DNA of 64,000 nucleotides from an uncultured Acidobacteriota bacterium. GTDB lineage: Bacteria; Acidobacteriota; Thermoanaerobaculia; UBA5066; DATFVB01. Every line of letters begins with the position of its first letter. The stretch's first letter is position 1. Below the pieces are notes generated by a model. That model ran no database searches. It saw only the letters and a program-made list of their open reading frames with translations, and was not told where the DNA came from. Position numbers and translations under genes: made by a program. Location of the stretch: NCBI GenBank assembly GCA_963813155.1, contig CAWEYG010000003.1:320001-384000 (forward strand), written 5' to 3'. Shown here in pieces: positions 39,721-51,617 of the stretch.

Positions 39721-40802
39721 CGGCCCGCCGCGAGAATTCCGCCTCCGAGAATCCGCTCCCCACGAGAGAACACGGCCGCCTGGCCCGGAGAGACGGCCCG
39801 TACCGGCTCGTCGAAGACGATTCGGGCCGTGTCGCCCGCATCGGGGTGAATCGTCGCGGACGATTCCCGGCCCCGGTGGCGGATTCGAACGTCGGCGCGA
39901 ACGGGAGCGCCGGGCGAGGGGGGAGACGCCCACCGGACGTTCACCACGTCCGCTTCGCTCGACATCAGCTCCGACGCTTCGCCGAGGCGGATTGTGCCGG
40001 TTTCGGGGTCGATCCGAGTCACGTACCGGCGGCCGGACGATGCGACGCCGAGGCCGCGCCGCTGCCCCACGGTATAACGATAGATGCCGCCGTGCTCGCC
40101 GATCGTGCCGCCGGAGGAATCGACGAAATCCCCGTGGGCGGGCAGCGCGAAGCCGAGCGAGCCGGCCTGCCTTTCGATGAAATCGCCGACCGATTCCTTC
40201 GCCGGAACGAAACAGATCTCCATCGATTCGTCCTTGTCGGCCGTCGGCAAGCCCGCGCGGCGCGCCGCTTCGCGAACTTCGCTCTTCGTCAGCTCTCCGA
40301 CCGGAAAGATCGCCGCCTCGAGCTGATCCGGCGTCAGGTCATAGAGAAAATACGACTGGTCCTTTTCCGGATCCGCGGCCTTCCGAAGCACCGCCCGGCC
40401 CTTTTCGTCGCGCCCGATTCTCGCGTAGTGCCCGGTCGCGACCTTCTCGCAGCCGAAGGCGGCCGCCCGGTCGCGCAGAGCCCGAAACTTCACCTTCGTG
40501 TTGCATTCCGCGCAGGGAATCGGCGTCCGGCCCGCGACGTACTCCCCGACGAAGGGGACGACCACGTTTTCTCGGAACTCCTCCTCGAGGTCGAGAACAT
40601 AGTGAGGAATCCCGAGCGTCCACGCAACCTTGCGCGCGTCGGAAAGGTCGTCCAGCGTGCAGCAGCGCCCGCTGCGCCCCTTCTCGGCGCTGTGGTCCCA
40701 CAGCTGCATCGACAGACCCACCACTTCGTGGCCCTGCTGCTGGAGGAGGAGGGCCGCGACCGAGGAGTCGACGCCGCCCGACATCGCGACCGCGATTCTC
40801 AT
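39717..40802 (-). CDS. mnmA: tRNA 2-thiouridine(34) synthase
   Basis: [37 protein letters not shown] and PGQAAV motifs. Confidence 0.96.
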   Translation of the reverse strand: MRIAVAMSGGVDSSVAALLLQQQGHEVVGLSMQLWDHSAEKGRSGRCCTLDDLSDARKVAWTLGIPHYVLDLEEEFRENVVVPFVGEYVAGRTPIPCAECNTKVKFRALRDRAAAFGCEKVATGHYARIGRDEKGRAVLRKAADPEKDQSYFLYDLTPDQLEAAIFPVGELTKSEVREAARRAGLPTADKDESMEICFVPAKESVGDFIERQAGSLGFALPAHGDFVDSSGGTIGEHGGIYRYTVGQRRGLGVASSGRRYVTRIDPETGTIRLGEASELMSSEADVVNVRWASPPSPGAPVRADVRIRHRGRESSATIHPDAGDTARIVFDEPVRAVSPGQAAVFSRGERILGGGILAAGR

Positions 40803-40815
40803 CGGTGGCCGGGAA

Positions 40816-41430
40816 TCATATCGTCTCGCCGGTGACGATCAGCATGAGCGTGGTGCCGCCGACCTCGAACTCGCCATAATTCTCGAGGTCCGCCCTTTCG
40901 ATTCGCCCCCCGCTGACGAACGTGCCGTTCGTCGAAGCGAGATCCACGAGAGTCACGATGTCGTCAGCGATTTCGACGGCGGCGTGCTCGCGCGAAATCT
41001 CCGAGTCGGAGAGCGCAACGTCGGCTCCCGTACGCCCGATGACAACGCGAGGCTTCTCGATGGGGAAATTCCGGCCCGAATCCGCGCCCGAGATGACCGC
41101 GAGCGAGAGTTTCTTTCCGGCGGGGAGCCTGAGATTCTGCGCCGGCATGGCCGCCCGGAGCTTCGCCAGGACGTACTGCTTCGTCGTTTCGCTCGGAGGG
41201 GGGCTGTCGTGCTCGGGCCTTCTCATCTGGGTCGTATCGCCCGCGCCGACCGGCGCCGGATTCACGACCGGCGGCTCCGGCCGCGTTTCGGAGCGCAGGG
41301 CGACCTCGGGGTTGTGCACCTCGAAGACGGTCTCGCACTTCGTGCAGCGGATTCTCTTCGACGCCTTGCCGTCGAACCGCGACTCCTCGTAGCGATACTT
41401 CGCCCCGCACGAGGCGCACGCCACGATCAT
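40816..41430 (-). CDS. Zinc-ribbon (MJ0042-type) plus FHA domain protein
   Basis: CASCGAKY...RCTKCETVF, then GR, SREHA and STNGTF FHA motifs. Confidence 0.9.
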   Translation of the reverse strand: MIVACASCGAKYRYEESRFDGKASKRIRCTKCETVFEVHNPEVALRSETRPEPPVVNPAPVGAGDTTQMRRPEHDSPPPSETTKQYVLAKLRAAMPAQNLRLPAGKKLSLAVISGADSGRNFPIEKPRVVIGRTGADVALSDSEISREHAAVEIADDIVTLVDLASTNGTFVSGGRIERADLENYGEFEVGGTTLMLIVTGETI

Positions 41431-41514
41431 GACCGAAGTCCCTTCGCCGTTGTATTCCGTGTCATCGTGTCGAGAGGCCCCTGGGAGGCATTCTCCCATC
41501 GGCCGCGCGGGAGA

Positions 41515-42646
41515 TCAAGCGTGGACCCGCTCGAGCGCTCTCGCGAGAGCATCGATCACTCGCGGAATTTCCTCCTCGCGGTTGTCCTTCCCGAACGAGA
41601 AACGCAGGGTGGACTTCGCCTCTTCGCGGGTCGCGCCGAGGGCAAGGATCGCGGGCGACGGCTTGCAGCGTCCCGGACGAGCACGCGGACCCAACCGACA
41701 CCGCGATGCCCGCAAGGTCGAGAGAGATCAGCAGGCCCTCTCCCGAGAAACCCGGGAACGCGACCGCCGACGTGTTCGGAAGGCGGAGCGACTCCCGGCC
41801 CCAGATCCTCGCGCCCTCGAACCGGGCGGCCAGCTCCGATTCGAACCGGTCGCGCAGGCGGCCGATACGCTCCCTCGATTCCGACCCCTCCTCGGCGATC
41901 AGCCGGGCGGCCTGGCCGAACCCCACGATTCCCGCGACGTTCTCCGTTCCGCCGCGCCGGCGGCGCTCCTGGCCGCCCCCCGGGAAGAGGGGCTCCAGAT
42001 CGATTCCCTTTCGGGCGTAGAGCGCGCCCGTTCCCTTCGGGCCGTAGATCTTGTGCGCGGAGAGGGAGAGGAGATCGACCCCGAGCCGGCGGACGTCGAT
42101 CGGAATCCGGCCGAGCGCCGACACCGCGTCGCTGTGGACGACGGCCCCGCGCTCCTTCGCCATCGGGGAGATCTCCGCGAGCGGGAAGACCGTCCCGTAC
42201 TCGTTGTTCGCCGCCATTACCGAAACGAGGGCCGCGGCCCCTTCGAGGGCCTTCCGCACGGAATCGGGGTCGAGACGGCCGGTCCGGTCGACGGCGATCA
42301 CGCGAGTCGGATACCCTTCGGCGGCGAGCCGGCGAACGTACTCCGACACGGCCGGATGTTCGACCGCCGTCGTCACGATCGCCGAACCCCTTTCGAACGA
42401 CCTCGCGAGCGAGAGGGCGAGCGCGTCGCTTTCGGTCCCCCCGGAGGTGAAAATGATCTCTTCGGCGGCCCCCGCTCCGATCAGGGCGCCGACCTGCTCG
42501 CGGGCCTCCTCGACGGCCCGGCGGGCTGCCCGTCCGGCCGAATGGACCGAAGACGGGTTTCCCCACGAACCTCTCAGGAACGGGTCCATCGCGGCCGCGA
42601 CGCGGGGGTCCACGGGCGTTGTTGCGTTGTGGTCCAGGTAGATCAC
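41515..42646 (-). CDS. iscS: Cysteine desulfurase (frameshifted near 41663)
   Basis: IYLDHNATTP, FTSGGTE, SAHKIYGPKG and GSACSS motifs. The C-terminal LRFSFG is in a shifted frame. Confidence 0.9.
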
Positions 42647-42723
42647 GAAGAGGATTCTAACTTCTCCAAAAAAAAGGAATAGTGTGTATTTTGACCGCGT
42701 TAGGATGCAATATCGAGGCTGGA

Positions 42724-45700
42724 ATGCGAATACCGAAATCGATCCGTTTTGTCCTTCTCCTCGCGGGATTCTTCTGTTCGGGCGGTTTTCCGAGCCGCGT
42801 CTTCGGCGAAGACCCGCCGCGCGACGAATCCGTCACGGCCGCTCCCCTGACGAAGGAGGAGAAACAGTGGCTCGACGACGTCGCTCCCCTGATGACGAAG
42901 GAGGAGAAGCGCGTTTACAGCTCTCTCGCGACCCCGGGCCAGCGGACGGCTTTCCGGGACGAGTTCTGGGCCCTGCGCGAGCGGGACGGTCTTCGCCCGC
43001 CCTTCGGCCCGAACTTCAAGAGCCGGTACGAATCGCGGCTCGAGATCGCGAACGCCGACTACGGCGGCCGAAAAACCGACGCCGGACGAATCGTTCTCGC
43101 CCTCGGCGAGCCGACGAGCGTTCTCAAGATCGAATGTGCGGGCGTGAACATCTTTCGCCCGATCGAGATCTGGGCGATGCCGCCGGCCGAAGGGCGCCAG
43201 GTCCCCCAGCGGCTCATCTTCTACCGGGACTACGAGTCCGGCCCCTTGAAGCTCTGGACGCCGATCCTCGGGCAGGAAGTCCTGCTGCAGCCGCTGGAGA
43301 GAGGAACTTCGACCCCGAAGCTCAGCAGCTCTTCAACGCGAGCCGCGACGCCCAGCAGATGTTCTCCGCGCGGTGCGGGCCGAGAGCCACGGAACCCGCG
43401 TGCGACCACGAGTGCGACGTTCTGTGGCCGACGATCATTTCGATGCGGAATTACGGAAACCTCGGCGCGGAGAGCTTCGTGGCCTCGCTCGCGCAGATTC
43501 CGTCCCCTCCGGAAGGGGACTGGAACCACTGGCGGTCGCGGTTCGTCGAAGGGAGTCCATCCCTGGCCCCCTCCACGGCGGCCGCGGCCGGCCCCCTCTC
43601 CGGAATTGTCGACGACTCCGTCGCCGATATCGCAGGAAGAGAGGCAGTGGATCGAGGAAGAGGTGGCCCCGCTCGCGACCGAGGACGAAAAGAGGCTCTA
43701 CCTGGGCCTTCCGTCGCCGAACCAGCGCACGGAGTTTCGCGCCGAATTCTGGCGGACGCGGGAAAAGGAAGGCGCGAAAGCCCCCTTCGGACCGGGATTC
43801 AAAAATCTGTACGAGACTCGCTTCCGGCTCGCCGAGGAAAAATACGGCGGCTGGAAGAGCGATCAGGGCAGGACCGTCCTGACGTTCGGCGTTCCGACGC
43901 AGGTGCTCCCGATCGAGTGTTCGGACGAGTTTCGGCCGATCCAGATCTGGGTTCTGGCGGCGGCGCCCGGACAGCCCGAGCCGCCGCGGCTCGTCTACTA
44001 CCGCGATTTCGACGGGGGCCCGTGGAAGTTGTGGACGCCGGTCATCGGCGAGGACGCCCTTCGCGTCCCTGGCCCGAAAGCGGATTGCAAGCCCGAGATC
44101 CGCGAAGTCCCTTCAGGCGGCGCTCCGCGGCCTGAGAGCCCCGGGGACGTCGGGCATTCTGGAGGAAGTCGGCCAGTTGACGGCATTCCGGCAGCCGCCG
44201 GAGACCGATTGGAACGCGTGGAAGACCCGCCTCGCCGGAAACGGTGCGCCCGCGGCTCTTTCGTCGATCGGCGTCTCGCCGGCGGCGGCCGAAACGCCGG
44301 TCTCTCCCGCCCGGAAACTCACGCGGTCCGACCGTTCGCAGCTCGAGAAGGCCCTGCCGGAGAAGTATCGGGAGTGGCTCTCCGACGTCGAGATGATCAT
44401 GACCGACGCCGAGCGCGACGTCTTCCTCCAGGTCAAGGACAGCATCGAGCGCGACAAGTTCATCGAGGAGTTCTGGCGCCGGCGCTCGATCGACAAGGAC
44501 GGCGTGCGTACGAACTTCCGCGAGGTCTACCGCGCGCGGACCGAATACGCGAGGGAGAATTTCAAGAACCTCTGGTCGGACGCCGCCAAGGTTTACGTCC
44601 TCAACGGCCCCCCGGACGCCATCATCCCGATCGATTGCTCCGAGGTCTTCGTTCCGATTCGAATCTGGTACTACGAACGCCTCGAAGCGTTGCGAAGCAA
44701 GGTGTACCTGATTTTCTACGAGCCGTACGGCGTCCCCGGCGACTGGAAGCTCTGGCTGCCTCTCGACGGGGTCGAGAAGCTCGCCGTCCGCGGGAGTTAC
44801 GACCCGCGCGCCGCGGAATCGCGCTGCTTCGACGCGCGCACGCTGCAGCAGGCGATCGCCGCCGAGAACGCGACTCTCGGAAACGGAATCTCCGGAATGG
44901 CGGAGGCCACGAAGATGTTCGTTCCCCCGCCGGTCGAGACGGAAGGAATCGACCGTTTTCTCGGCCTGACGACGCAGCTGGATGCGGGCGCCGCCTCGAT
45001 CCCGGTCGAAAAGACCTTCCTTTTCCCCGAGGAGAGGGACGGAAAGATCGCGTGCGACATCTCGGTCCTCCTCCCGCGAAAGGATCTTGCGCTGCGCGAT
45101 CTCGGCGACGAGAAGTTCTACGACATCGACCTCATCGGGGAGATCGTTCAGAACGACCGGCTCCTCGACAACTTCAAGTACCGGTTCGACATTCCTTCCG
45201 ACGAGGTCGGCGGCGACAAGCTCCCCCTCACGCTGAGGCGGTACCTCTTTCCGGGCCAGTACGAGTTGCGACTCAAGGCGGCCGACTCCAACCGAAAGGG
45301 CGAGGGACGGTTCGCGCAGGCGTTTCGAGTTCCCGAGAAGCCGGACGCCCCGGCGGCGCTCGTCGCCTCCGCCAGCCTCACGCGCAACCCCGGCGTTCTT
45401 CCGACGGGGGATTTCCGCCCCTCGGCGATCTCGATCCTGCCTCCCGTTCGGGAAATCCTGACCGGACTCCAGCGATTCGAGACGAAGTCGGCGGAAGGAA
45501 TCCTCGCCGTCGATTTCTTCCTCGACGGCATCAAAGTCATGACGCGGACGAAGTCCCCCTTCGACGCCGATCTCAACCTCGGCCCGCTGCCCCGCCGCCA
45601 CGCGGTCAAGGTCGTCGCCTACGACCGCCAGGGCCGCTCGGTCGGCGAGGACGAGCTCAACATCAACGAGGGAAGCGAGTCGTTTCGCGTGAAGATCATC

Positions 45701-46750
45701 GCTCCGCGCCGCGGGACCAACGCCTCCGGCCCGACGACGGTCGTCGCCGATGCGACGGCCCCCGAAGGGCACAAGATCACGAAGATGGAGTTCTTCTCGA
45801 ACAACACGAAAGTCGCGACGCTCTTCCAGCCCCCCTGGCAGCAGATCGTCCCTTTCCACAGCACCGGATCGCTCGGTTACGTCCGGGTCGTCGGGACGCT
45901 CGACGACGGGCTCATCGCCGAAGACCTTCGGTACGTCAACGCGCCGGCGTACATCAGCGAAGTCAACGTGGACGCCGTCGAGCTCTACACGTCCGTGACC
46001 CGCGGAAACCGGCCCGTCGAAGGCCTCGCGGAGACGAACTTCAAGGTCTTCGAGGACGGGAAGGAACAGCAGATCGCGCATTTCGAGCACGTCACGAACC
46101 TGCCCCTCACCGTCGGAGTCGCGATCGACACCTCGGCGTCGATGATCGAGAACCTTCCGGCGGCCGAGAAGGCGGCCGTGGATTTCATCGGCGCGACGCT
46201 CGGCGAAAAGGACCGCGGATTCACGATGTCGTTCGACGACTCCCCGTACACGCTGTGCAAGCTGACGAACAACCGCGAGAGGCTCGGCCGCTCGTTCGCC
46301 GGTCTTCGCGCCGAAGGCTCCACCGCGCTCTACGACGCGATCGTCTACGCGCTGTACCAGTTCCAGGGGGTCCGCGGGAAGAAGGCGCTCGTTCTCCTGA
46401 CCGACGGAAAGGACACCACCTCGAAATACGAGTTCGACACGCTGCTCGACTACGTGAAAAAGGCCGGCGTCGCGGTTTACGCGATCGGCCTGAACATCTC
46501 GAAGGCCGAGCTCGAAGTGAAGTCGAAACTCAATCGCATGGCGGAGGCCTCGGGCGGAACGACGTTCTACATCGACAGTACCCGAAGCCTTCAGAATGTT
46601 TACGGCCAGATCAACAGCGAGCTCCGGACGCAGTACCTGCTGACGTATTACTCGACGAACCCGTCGACCGACAACAAGTGGCGGCGGATCGAGATCAAGA
46701 CGAACCCGACCGCGCTGCTCGCAAGGACGATCTCCGGGTACTACCCCTAG
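42724..46750 (+). CDS. Exported protein with three GWxTD domains, Ig-like domains and a C-terminal VWA domain (frameshifted)
   Basis: Signal peptide, three W...V...T..E...F..EFW...(G)xxxD.G units and a DTSASM MIDAS motif. Indels near 43310, 43600 and 44110. Confidence 0.8.
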
Positions 46751-46753
46751 GTC

Positions 46754-47659
46754 TCAGACTTCCGGGTTCACGATCTGCGTCAGGAACCCCTCGTCCTCGC
46801 GCCAGTTCTCTCGCGTGCGGACGCGGAGGTCGAGGTAGAACCGCCCCCCGAAGCGCGCCTCGCACGCCGTGCGCGCGGCCGTGCCGATCTCGCGGATCAT
46901 CGAGCCTCCCCGGCCGATGACGATCGCCTTCTGCCCCTCGCGCTCGACCCAGAGCGTGGCTTCGACGACCGTGAGGCCCTTCTCTTCGTCGAGCCGCAGG
47001 TCGTCGACGACGACCGCGAGAGAGAAGGGCACTTCCTCCCGAGTCAGCGCGAGCGCCGGCTCCCGGATCTGTTCGGCGATCTTCTCCCGGAGGGGGCCGG
47101 GATCGGGCTCCTCCGCGGGGAAAAGGGCCGGCCCCTCTGGCAGCTGGGCCACGATCACCGTCATGAGCTCTTCAACTCCGTCGCCCGTACGGGCGGAGAT
47201 CGGCACGAGGTGGGAAAACGGCGCCAGGGCCGACAGCTCCGAAAGCTGAGGCAGGAGCTTCGATTTTGCGACGCGGTCGATCTTGTTCAGCGCCAGCACG
47301 GAGGGAGGGCCTCCCTCGCCGCGGAGGCGCTCCGCGATGCGGCGCTCGCCCGCGCCGTGCTTCTCCGACGCGTCCACCACGAAGAGCACGGCGTCGCAAC
47401 CCGCCATCGCGTCGAACGCGTCGCGAACCATCGCCGCGTTCATGCGGTGTTCGGGTCGGTGAATGCCGGGAGTATCGACGAGGACGATCTGGGCGCCGGG
47501 ACGGGACGCGACGCCAAGAATCCGCTTTCGGGTCGTCTGGGGCTTGTCCGAAACGATCGCCACCTTCGTTCCCACGAGCCGGTTGACGAGGGTGGATTTT
47601 CCGGCGTTCGGGAGGCCGACGACGGCCACCATGCCGGACCGGAACGGCGCTTCAGACAT
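46754..47659 (-). CDS. era: GTPase Era
   Basis: GLPNAGKST, KPQTTR, DTPG and NKID motifs, KH domain VIGRGG. Confidence 0.96.
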   Translation of the reverse strand: MSEAPFRSGMVAVVGLPNAGKSTLVNRLVGTKVAIVSDKPQTTRKRILGVASRPGAQIVLVDTPGIHRPEHRMNAAMVRDAFDAMAGCDAVLFVVDASEKHGAGERRIAERLRGEGGPPSVLALNKIDRVAKSKLLPQLSELSALAPFSHLVPISARTGDGVEELMTVIVAQLPEGPALFPAEEPDPGPLREKIAEQIREPALALTREEVPFSLAVVVDDLRLDEEKGLTVVEATLWVEREGQKAIVIGRGGSMIREIGTAARTACEARFGGRFYLDLRVRTRENWREDEGFLTQIVNPEV

Positions 47660-48887
47660 TCGACGCCGGCACCGCGGCCTCGGCGACCGGTTCGACGCGC
47701 ACGCGAAGCACGCGCCGGCGGTCCGCTTCCTCCACGATGAATCTCAGCGCGTCTTCCTCGCGCTTCTCGCCGACCTTGGGGATCCGACCGAGTCTCGCCG
47801 CGAGAAACCCGCCCAGGGTGTCGAACTCCTCGTCTTTCGGGCCCCGGCCGAACAGCTCGTGGAGAATCTCGACGTGAGTCTTTCCGGAGATCGAGTAGGC
47901 CCCGCCGGGCAGCTCGACGACGGCCTCGCCCTCGTCCTCGTGCTCGTCGGCGATCTCGCCGACGATCTCCTCGAGAAGGTCCTCGATCGTAACGAGCCCG
48001 GAAACACTGCCGTACTCGTCGACGACCACCGCAATCGCGAGATGCTTCCGCTGGAATTCCCGCAGGAGCTCCGCCGTCTTCTTCGTCTCGGGCACGAAGT
48101 GGACGGGCCGCGCGATTTCGGAGAGCGTTCGCGACACGTTGCGCCTCACCGCCTCGAAGACGTCCTTCACGTGGAGGATCCCCGTCACCTGGTCGATCGT
48201 TCCCTTGTACACGGGAAGGCGCGAATACTTCGTCTCGACGAAGAGGTCCGCCACCCGATCGAGGGACGTCTCGTCTCCCACCGCGACGAGGTCGGTCCTC
48301 GGCGTCATCACTTCCTTGACAGTGGTGTCCCCGAAGTCGACGATCGAAAGGAGGAGTTTTTCCTCTTCCCGTTCGAGGATCCCCTCCTCCCGCCCGACTT
48401 CGATATAGGCCTGGATTTCTTCGTCGGAGGCCGGCCCTTCGTCCTCCGTTCTCGCTTCGAAGATCGCCCGCACGGGCCATGCGAGGGGGCGGATCACCCA
48501 GGAAAAAAGGGAAATGGCCGGATGAAGGCTCGTCAGGAGCTTTTCGGGCGCGGCCCCGGAGACTGCCCGCAGGAGCGCTCCCTCGATCAGCAGCCAGCCG
48601 AGCAGAAATACCGCCCCTCCGAGCATCCAGGGAGCGGGGACATCGAGAGCCGTCAGCCCGCGAATGAGCGTCCAGAGGCCGGCGAGCAGCAGAATCTGCA
48701 CGAGCACCTTCAACGTCGTCTTGACGACCGCCGGCTCCTCTTTGCCCGAAAGCAGAGACAGGGCCTTCGGATGCTCGTCCAGGAGCCCGCGGAGCTTGAT
48801 CGGCGAGAGCCGGTCGAGCGCCTGGTAGAACAGCTCGAAGAGCAGGAAGCCGCAGAGACAGAGGGCCGAAAGAAGAAGGGAAATCAT
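47652..48887 (-). CDS. Hemolysin/CNNM-CBS-CorC family protein
   Basis: N-terminal TMs, EVMTPR, YSRLPVY, VVDEYG and TIEDLLEEIVGEI.DE motifs. Confidence 0.92.
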   Translation of the reverse strand: MISLLLSALCLCGFLLFELFYQALDRLSPIKLRGLLDEHPKALSLLSGKEEPAVVKTTLKVLVQILLLAGLWTLIRGLTALDVPAPWMLGGAVFLLGWLLIEGALLRAVSGAAPEKLLTSLHPAISLFSWVIRPLAWPVRAIFEARTEDEGPASDEEIQAYIEVGREEGILEREEEKLLLSIVDFGDTTVKEVMTPRTDLVAVGDETSLDRVADLFVETKYSRLPVYKGTIDQVTGILHVKDVFEAVRRNVSRTLSEIARPVHFVPETKKTAELLREFQRKHLAIAVVVDEYGSVSGLVTIEDLLEEIVGEIADEHEDEGEAVVELPGGAYSISGKTHVEILHELFGRGPKDEEFDTLGGFLAARLGRIPKVGEKREEDALRFIVEEADRRRVLRVRVEPVAEAAVPASNV

Positions 48888-49303
48888 CGAGCCGTCGAAA
48901 GCCGGCGCCGCAGCTTTCCCTCGAGCTCGTCCATTTCGCCCCCGTCCGTCTCGTGGTCGTACCCGAGCAGGTGGAGCAGTCCGTGGAGAAGGAGTTTTTC
49001 GACGATCTTCGGGAACGTCGACCGGACCTGCCGCGCCTGCCGCCGGGCCTCGGGCGCCGAGACGATCAAGTCGCCGAGGAAACCCTTTCTCCGTTCCCCG
49101 GAGGGGAAGGACAGCACGTCGGTCGTCCTGTCCTTGTGCCGGTACGTTCGGTTCAGCCGCCTCATCGCGGAATCACCGCAATAGAGAACGGAAATCTCCG
49201 CCGCCGAATGTCCGGAGAGCGCAAGGGCGCGATTCAGGAACTTCTTCGTTCGCGCGGCCGGGTACCCCGGGCGCTTCAGGGTCGATCGAACGTCGACCTT
49301 CAT
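48884..49303 (-). CDS. ybeY: rRNA maturation RNase YbeY
   Basis: TDVLSF and HGLLHLLGYDH motifs. Confidence 0.95.
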   Translation of the reverse strand: MKVDVRSTLKRPGYPAARTKKFLNRALALSGHSAAEISVLYCGDSAMRRLNRTYRHKDRTTDVLSFPSGERRKGFLGDLIVSAPEARRQARQVRSTFPKIVEKLLLHGLLHLLGYDHETDGGEMDELEGKLRRRLSTAR

Positions 49304-51615
49304 TTGACATGCAGCCGGACGGTGTCGCTCCCGCGGCGCGAGGACGGCTCGGGTTTTTCCAGCGCATTGAAATCGAAGCCCGGATAATCGATCCGGTGGT
49401 GAAACATCGTCGTCACCGTGCGGATGAGGGACTCCTGGATCGCCGTGAGGTCCCCCATCGTGAGGTCGCAGGAGTCGAACTGGCCGTCGCGGAGGCAATC
49501 GCTGCCGATCGCCCGGACCATCGCGGAGATCTTCGCGGGCGTGGGCTCGACGAGCGTCCGGGAAGCCGCCTCGACCGCGTCCGCCAGCATCAGGATCCCC
49601 GTGATGCGGTTCGAGGGTTTCGGCCCGGGATACCGATAGTCCGACTCCAGGATTGGCGGGGATCCGGCCTCGACCCGGGAAAGAGCCTTCTGGTAGAAGT
49701 AGCGAATCAGTTTCGTGCCGTGGTGCTCCCGGATGCCCGTCACGATCGGCTCGGGAAGCCGAGATTTTCGGGCCAGCTCGACGCCTTCCTTGACGTGGGA
49801 CGCGATGATCAGGGCGCTCATCGAGGGCTCGAGCCGGTCATGGCGATTGAAGCCCCGCGGCTGGTTCTCGATGAAGTACTCCGGCATCTTCGTCTTCCCG
49901 ATGTCGTGGTAGTAGGCGCACACGCGGGCGAGCAAGGGGTTCGCGCCGACCGCTTCGGCCGCGGTTTCCGCGAGATGACCGACCATCAGCGAGTGCTGGT
50001 AGGTCCCGGGCGCCTCGAACGCAAGGGTCCGAAGAGCCGGCAGGTTCAAGTTCGAAAGCTCCAGCAGGCGGATGTCGGTCGTGACATGAAACAGGGTTTC
50101 GAAGAGGGGCACCAGAAAGGCCACGAGGGCCGCGACGACGAGCCCTCCGGCCGCCGCGCTCGCCATGTCCGCGAGCAGGGTCGCGGCGTCTCCGGACAGG
50201 GCGTGCCAGATGGAAACGACGAACACGTTGGTGCCGGCCACGATCGCGCCCATTCCGAACAAAACGCTGCGCGAGCCGAGGCGTTTCATTCCGTAGATTC
50301 CCGCGAGCGATCCGGCCAGCGCGAAGAGTGCGAACTGGAAGTTCAGGCCGAGGAGAATTCCCGCGCCGACCGCCTGGATGGCCGCGAAAAGGACCGCGGG
50401 CCCGGGTCCGGCCCCGGCCACGAGAACGGCGACGATCGGCCCGGCCGCAAACGGCAGGGCCAGGGAATCGGACGAAAGCGCGTCGGAAGAGAAATTCGCG
50501 GAGAGCAGCTGCGCGACCGTGAACCCTCCGCGCATCACGAGCGCGAACACGATACCGACGGCGAGCAGGGGAAGCAGGGTCGAGGGCTCCTTGCGCATCG
50601 TGCGCGCCCGAACCTGGCTGTCGATCCAGAACGCGAGAGCGGCGAGGATCTGAATGCACACGACGCCGAGGAGCCGCCACCAGGGTTGCGGTTCGGAGGC
50701 CGAGCCCTGGACCGCGCCGATGATTCGCGCCGTCCGGGGCGTGATGAGATCTCCCCGGCGGACGATCGCCTGGCCTCGGGGGATCTTCACGAGGACGCTC
50801 TCGACCTGGCGGGCCGCGAGCTCCCGTCGCCGCGTGGTTTCCGCCGCGTTGTAAGTCAGGTTCGGAGTCAGGGCCGAGGCGAGAAACGCCGCGACCTCGC
50901 GAATCTCGGACGGGGTCAGCTTTCCCCCGGCGAGCTCCGCGGCGACGAGCGACTTCGTGTCCGACCCGTACTCCGCAGTCGAAAAGAGATCCACCGTCGT
51001 CCGCTCGGTCCCGGTCGCGGTATCGCGGAGCGTCACGCCCCGGTCACGGTTCTGAAGAAGGAGCTCCTTGTTGTCGACGATTCCGTCGCGGTACAGGCGC
51101 GCCGCGCTCGCGATCAGCCGGGCTTCGAGCTCGCCGGAGAACCGGTCCCGGGCGAGCGCTTGAAACGCCTCGTCGCCGATCGGCATCGTGAATCCGTCCC
51201 GGGCCGCCTCGAGGGTTCCCCGCTTCTTGCCCGACTGCGCGAGCCGCTCGGCCTCCCGGGCGCTCGCGAAAGACTTCTGGAGCCGGTCTTCGAGGCGCGC
51301 CGCGGCCTGGGTGTCGCGGTCGTAGACCGGCCGAACGGCAGCCGCCGCCTCGACTCTCTTTTTCTCGGTCGAGTCGGAATCCGGAAGAATGTAATCCTGC
51401 GCGGCGACGACGTCCCGACGCGCGATCGTGCCCGATTTCAGCTTCGTCGCGCGAAACGAGATCGCCGGCGCGAAACACAGGGACGTGACGGCGACGTAGA
51501 GCACCGTCCAGAGGGCGGTTCGATCCCGCCAGGAACTGCGGCGCGACCCGTCCGATTCCCTCTTCCGCCGAAAGGGAAACAGGCGCAATCGCGGGCGGGA
51601 GGGGCGGGAGTCCAT
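49300..51615 (-). CDS. 7TM-HDIG phosphohydrolase (PgpH-like)
   Basis: Extracellular 7TMR-HDED region, about 7 TMs, APGTYQHS, YYHDIGK, EHHGT and RYPGPKP motifs. Confidence 0.92.
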   Translation of the reverse strand: MDSRPSRPRLRLFPFRRKRESDGSRRSSWRDRTALWTVLYVAVTSLCFAPAISFRATKLKSGTIARRDVVAAQDYILPDSDSTEKKRVEAAAAVRPVYDRDTQAAARLEDRLQKSFASAREAERLAQSGKKRGTLEAARDGFTMPIGDEAFQALARDRFSGELEARLIASAARLYRDGIVDNKELLLQNRDRGVTLRDTATGTERTTVDLFSTAEYGSDTKSLVAAELAGGKLTPSEIREVAAFLASALTPNLTYNAAETTRRRELAARQVESVLVKIPRGQAIVRRGDLITPRTARIIGAVQGSASEPQPWWRLLGVVCIQILAALAFWIDSQVRARTMRKEPSTLLPLLAVGIVFALVMRGGFTVAQLLSANFSSDALSSDSLALPFAAGPIVAVLVAGAGPGPAVLFAAIQAVGAGILLGLNFQFALFALAGSLAGIYGMKRLGSRSVLFGMGAIVAGTNVFVVSIWHALSGDAATLLADMASAAAGGLVVAALVAFLVPLFETLFHVTTDIRLLELSNLNLPALRTLAFEAPGTYQHSLMVGHLAETAAEAVGANPLLARVCAYYHDIGKTKMPEYFIENQPRGFNRHDRLEPSMSALIIASHVKEGVELARKSRLPEPIVTGIREHHGTKLIRYFYQKALSRVEAGSPPILESDYRYPGPKPSNRITGILMLADAVEAASRTLVEPTPAKISAMVRAIGSDCLRDGQFDSCDLTMGDLTAIQESLIRTVTTMFHHRIDYPGFDFNALEKPEPSSRRGSDTVRLHVK

Positions 51616-51617
51616 GA

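Noticed and set aside
41640-41680. Programmed frameshifting in iscS (and phoH at ~52050)
   Set aside because: No slippery heptamer or stimulatory structure, and indels are scattered window-wide, consistent with sequencing error.
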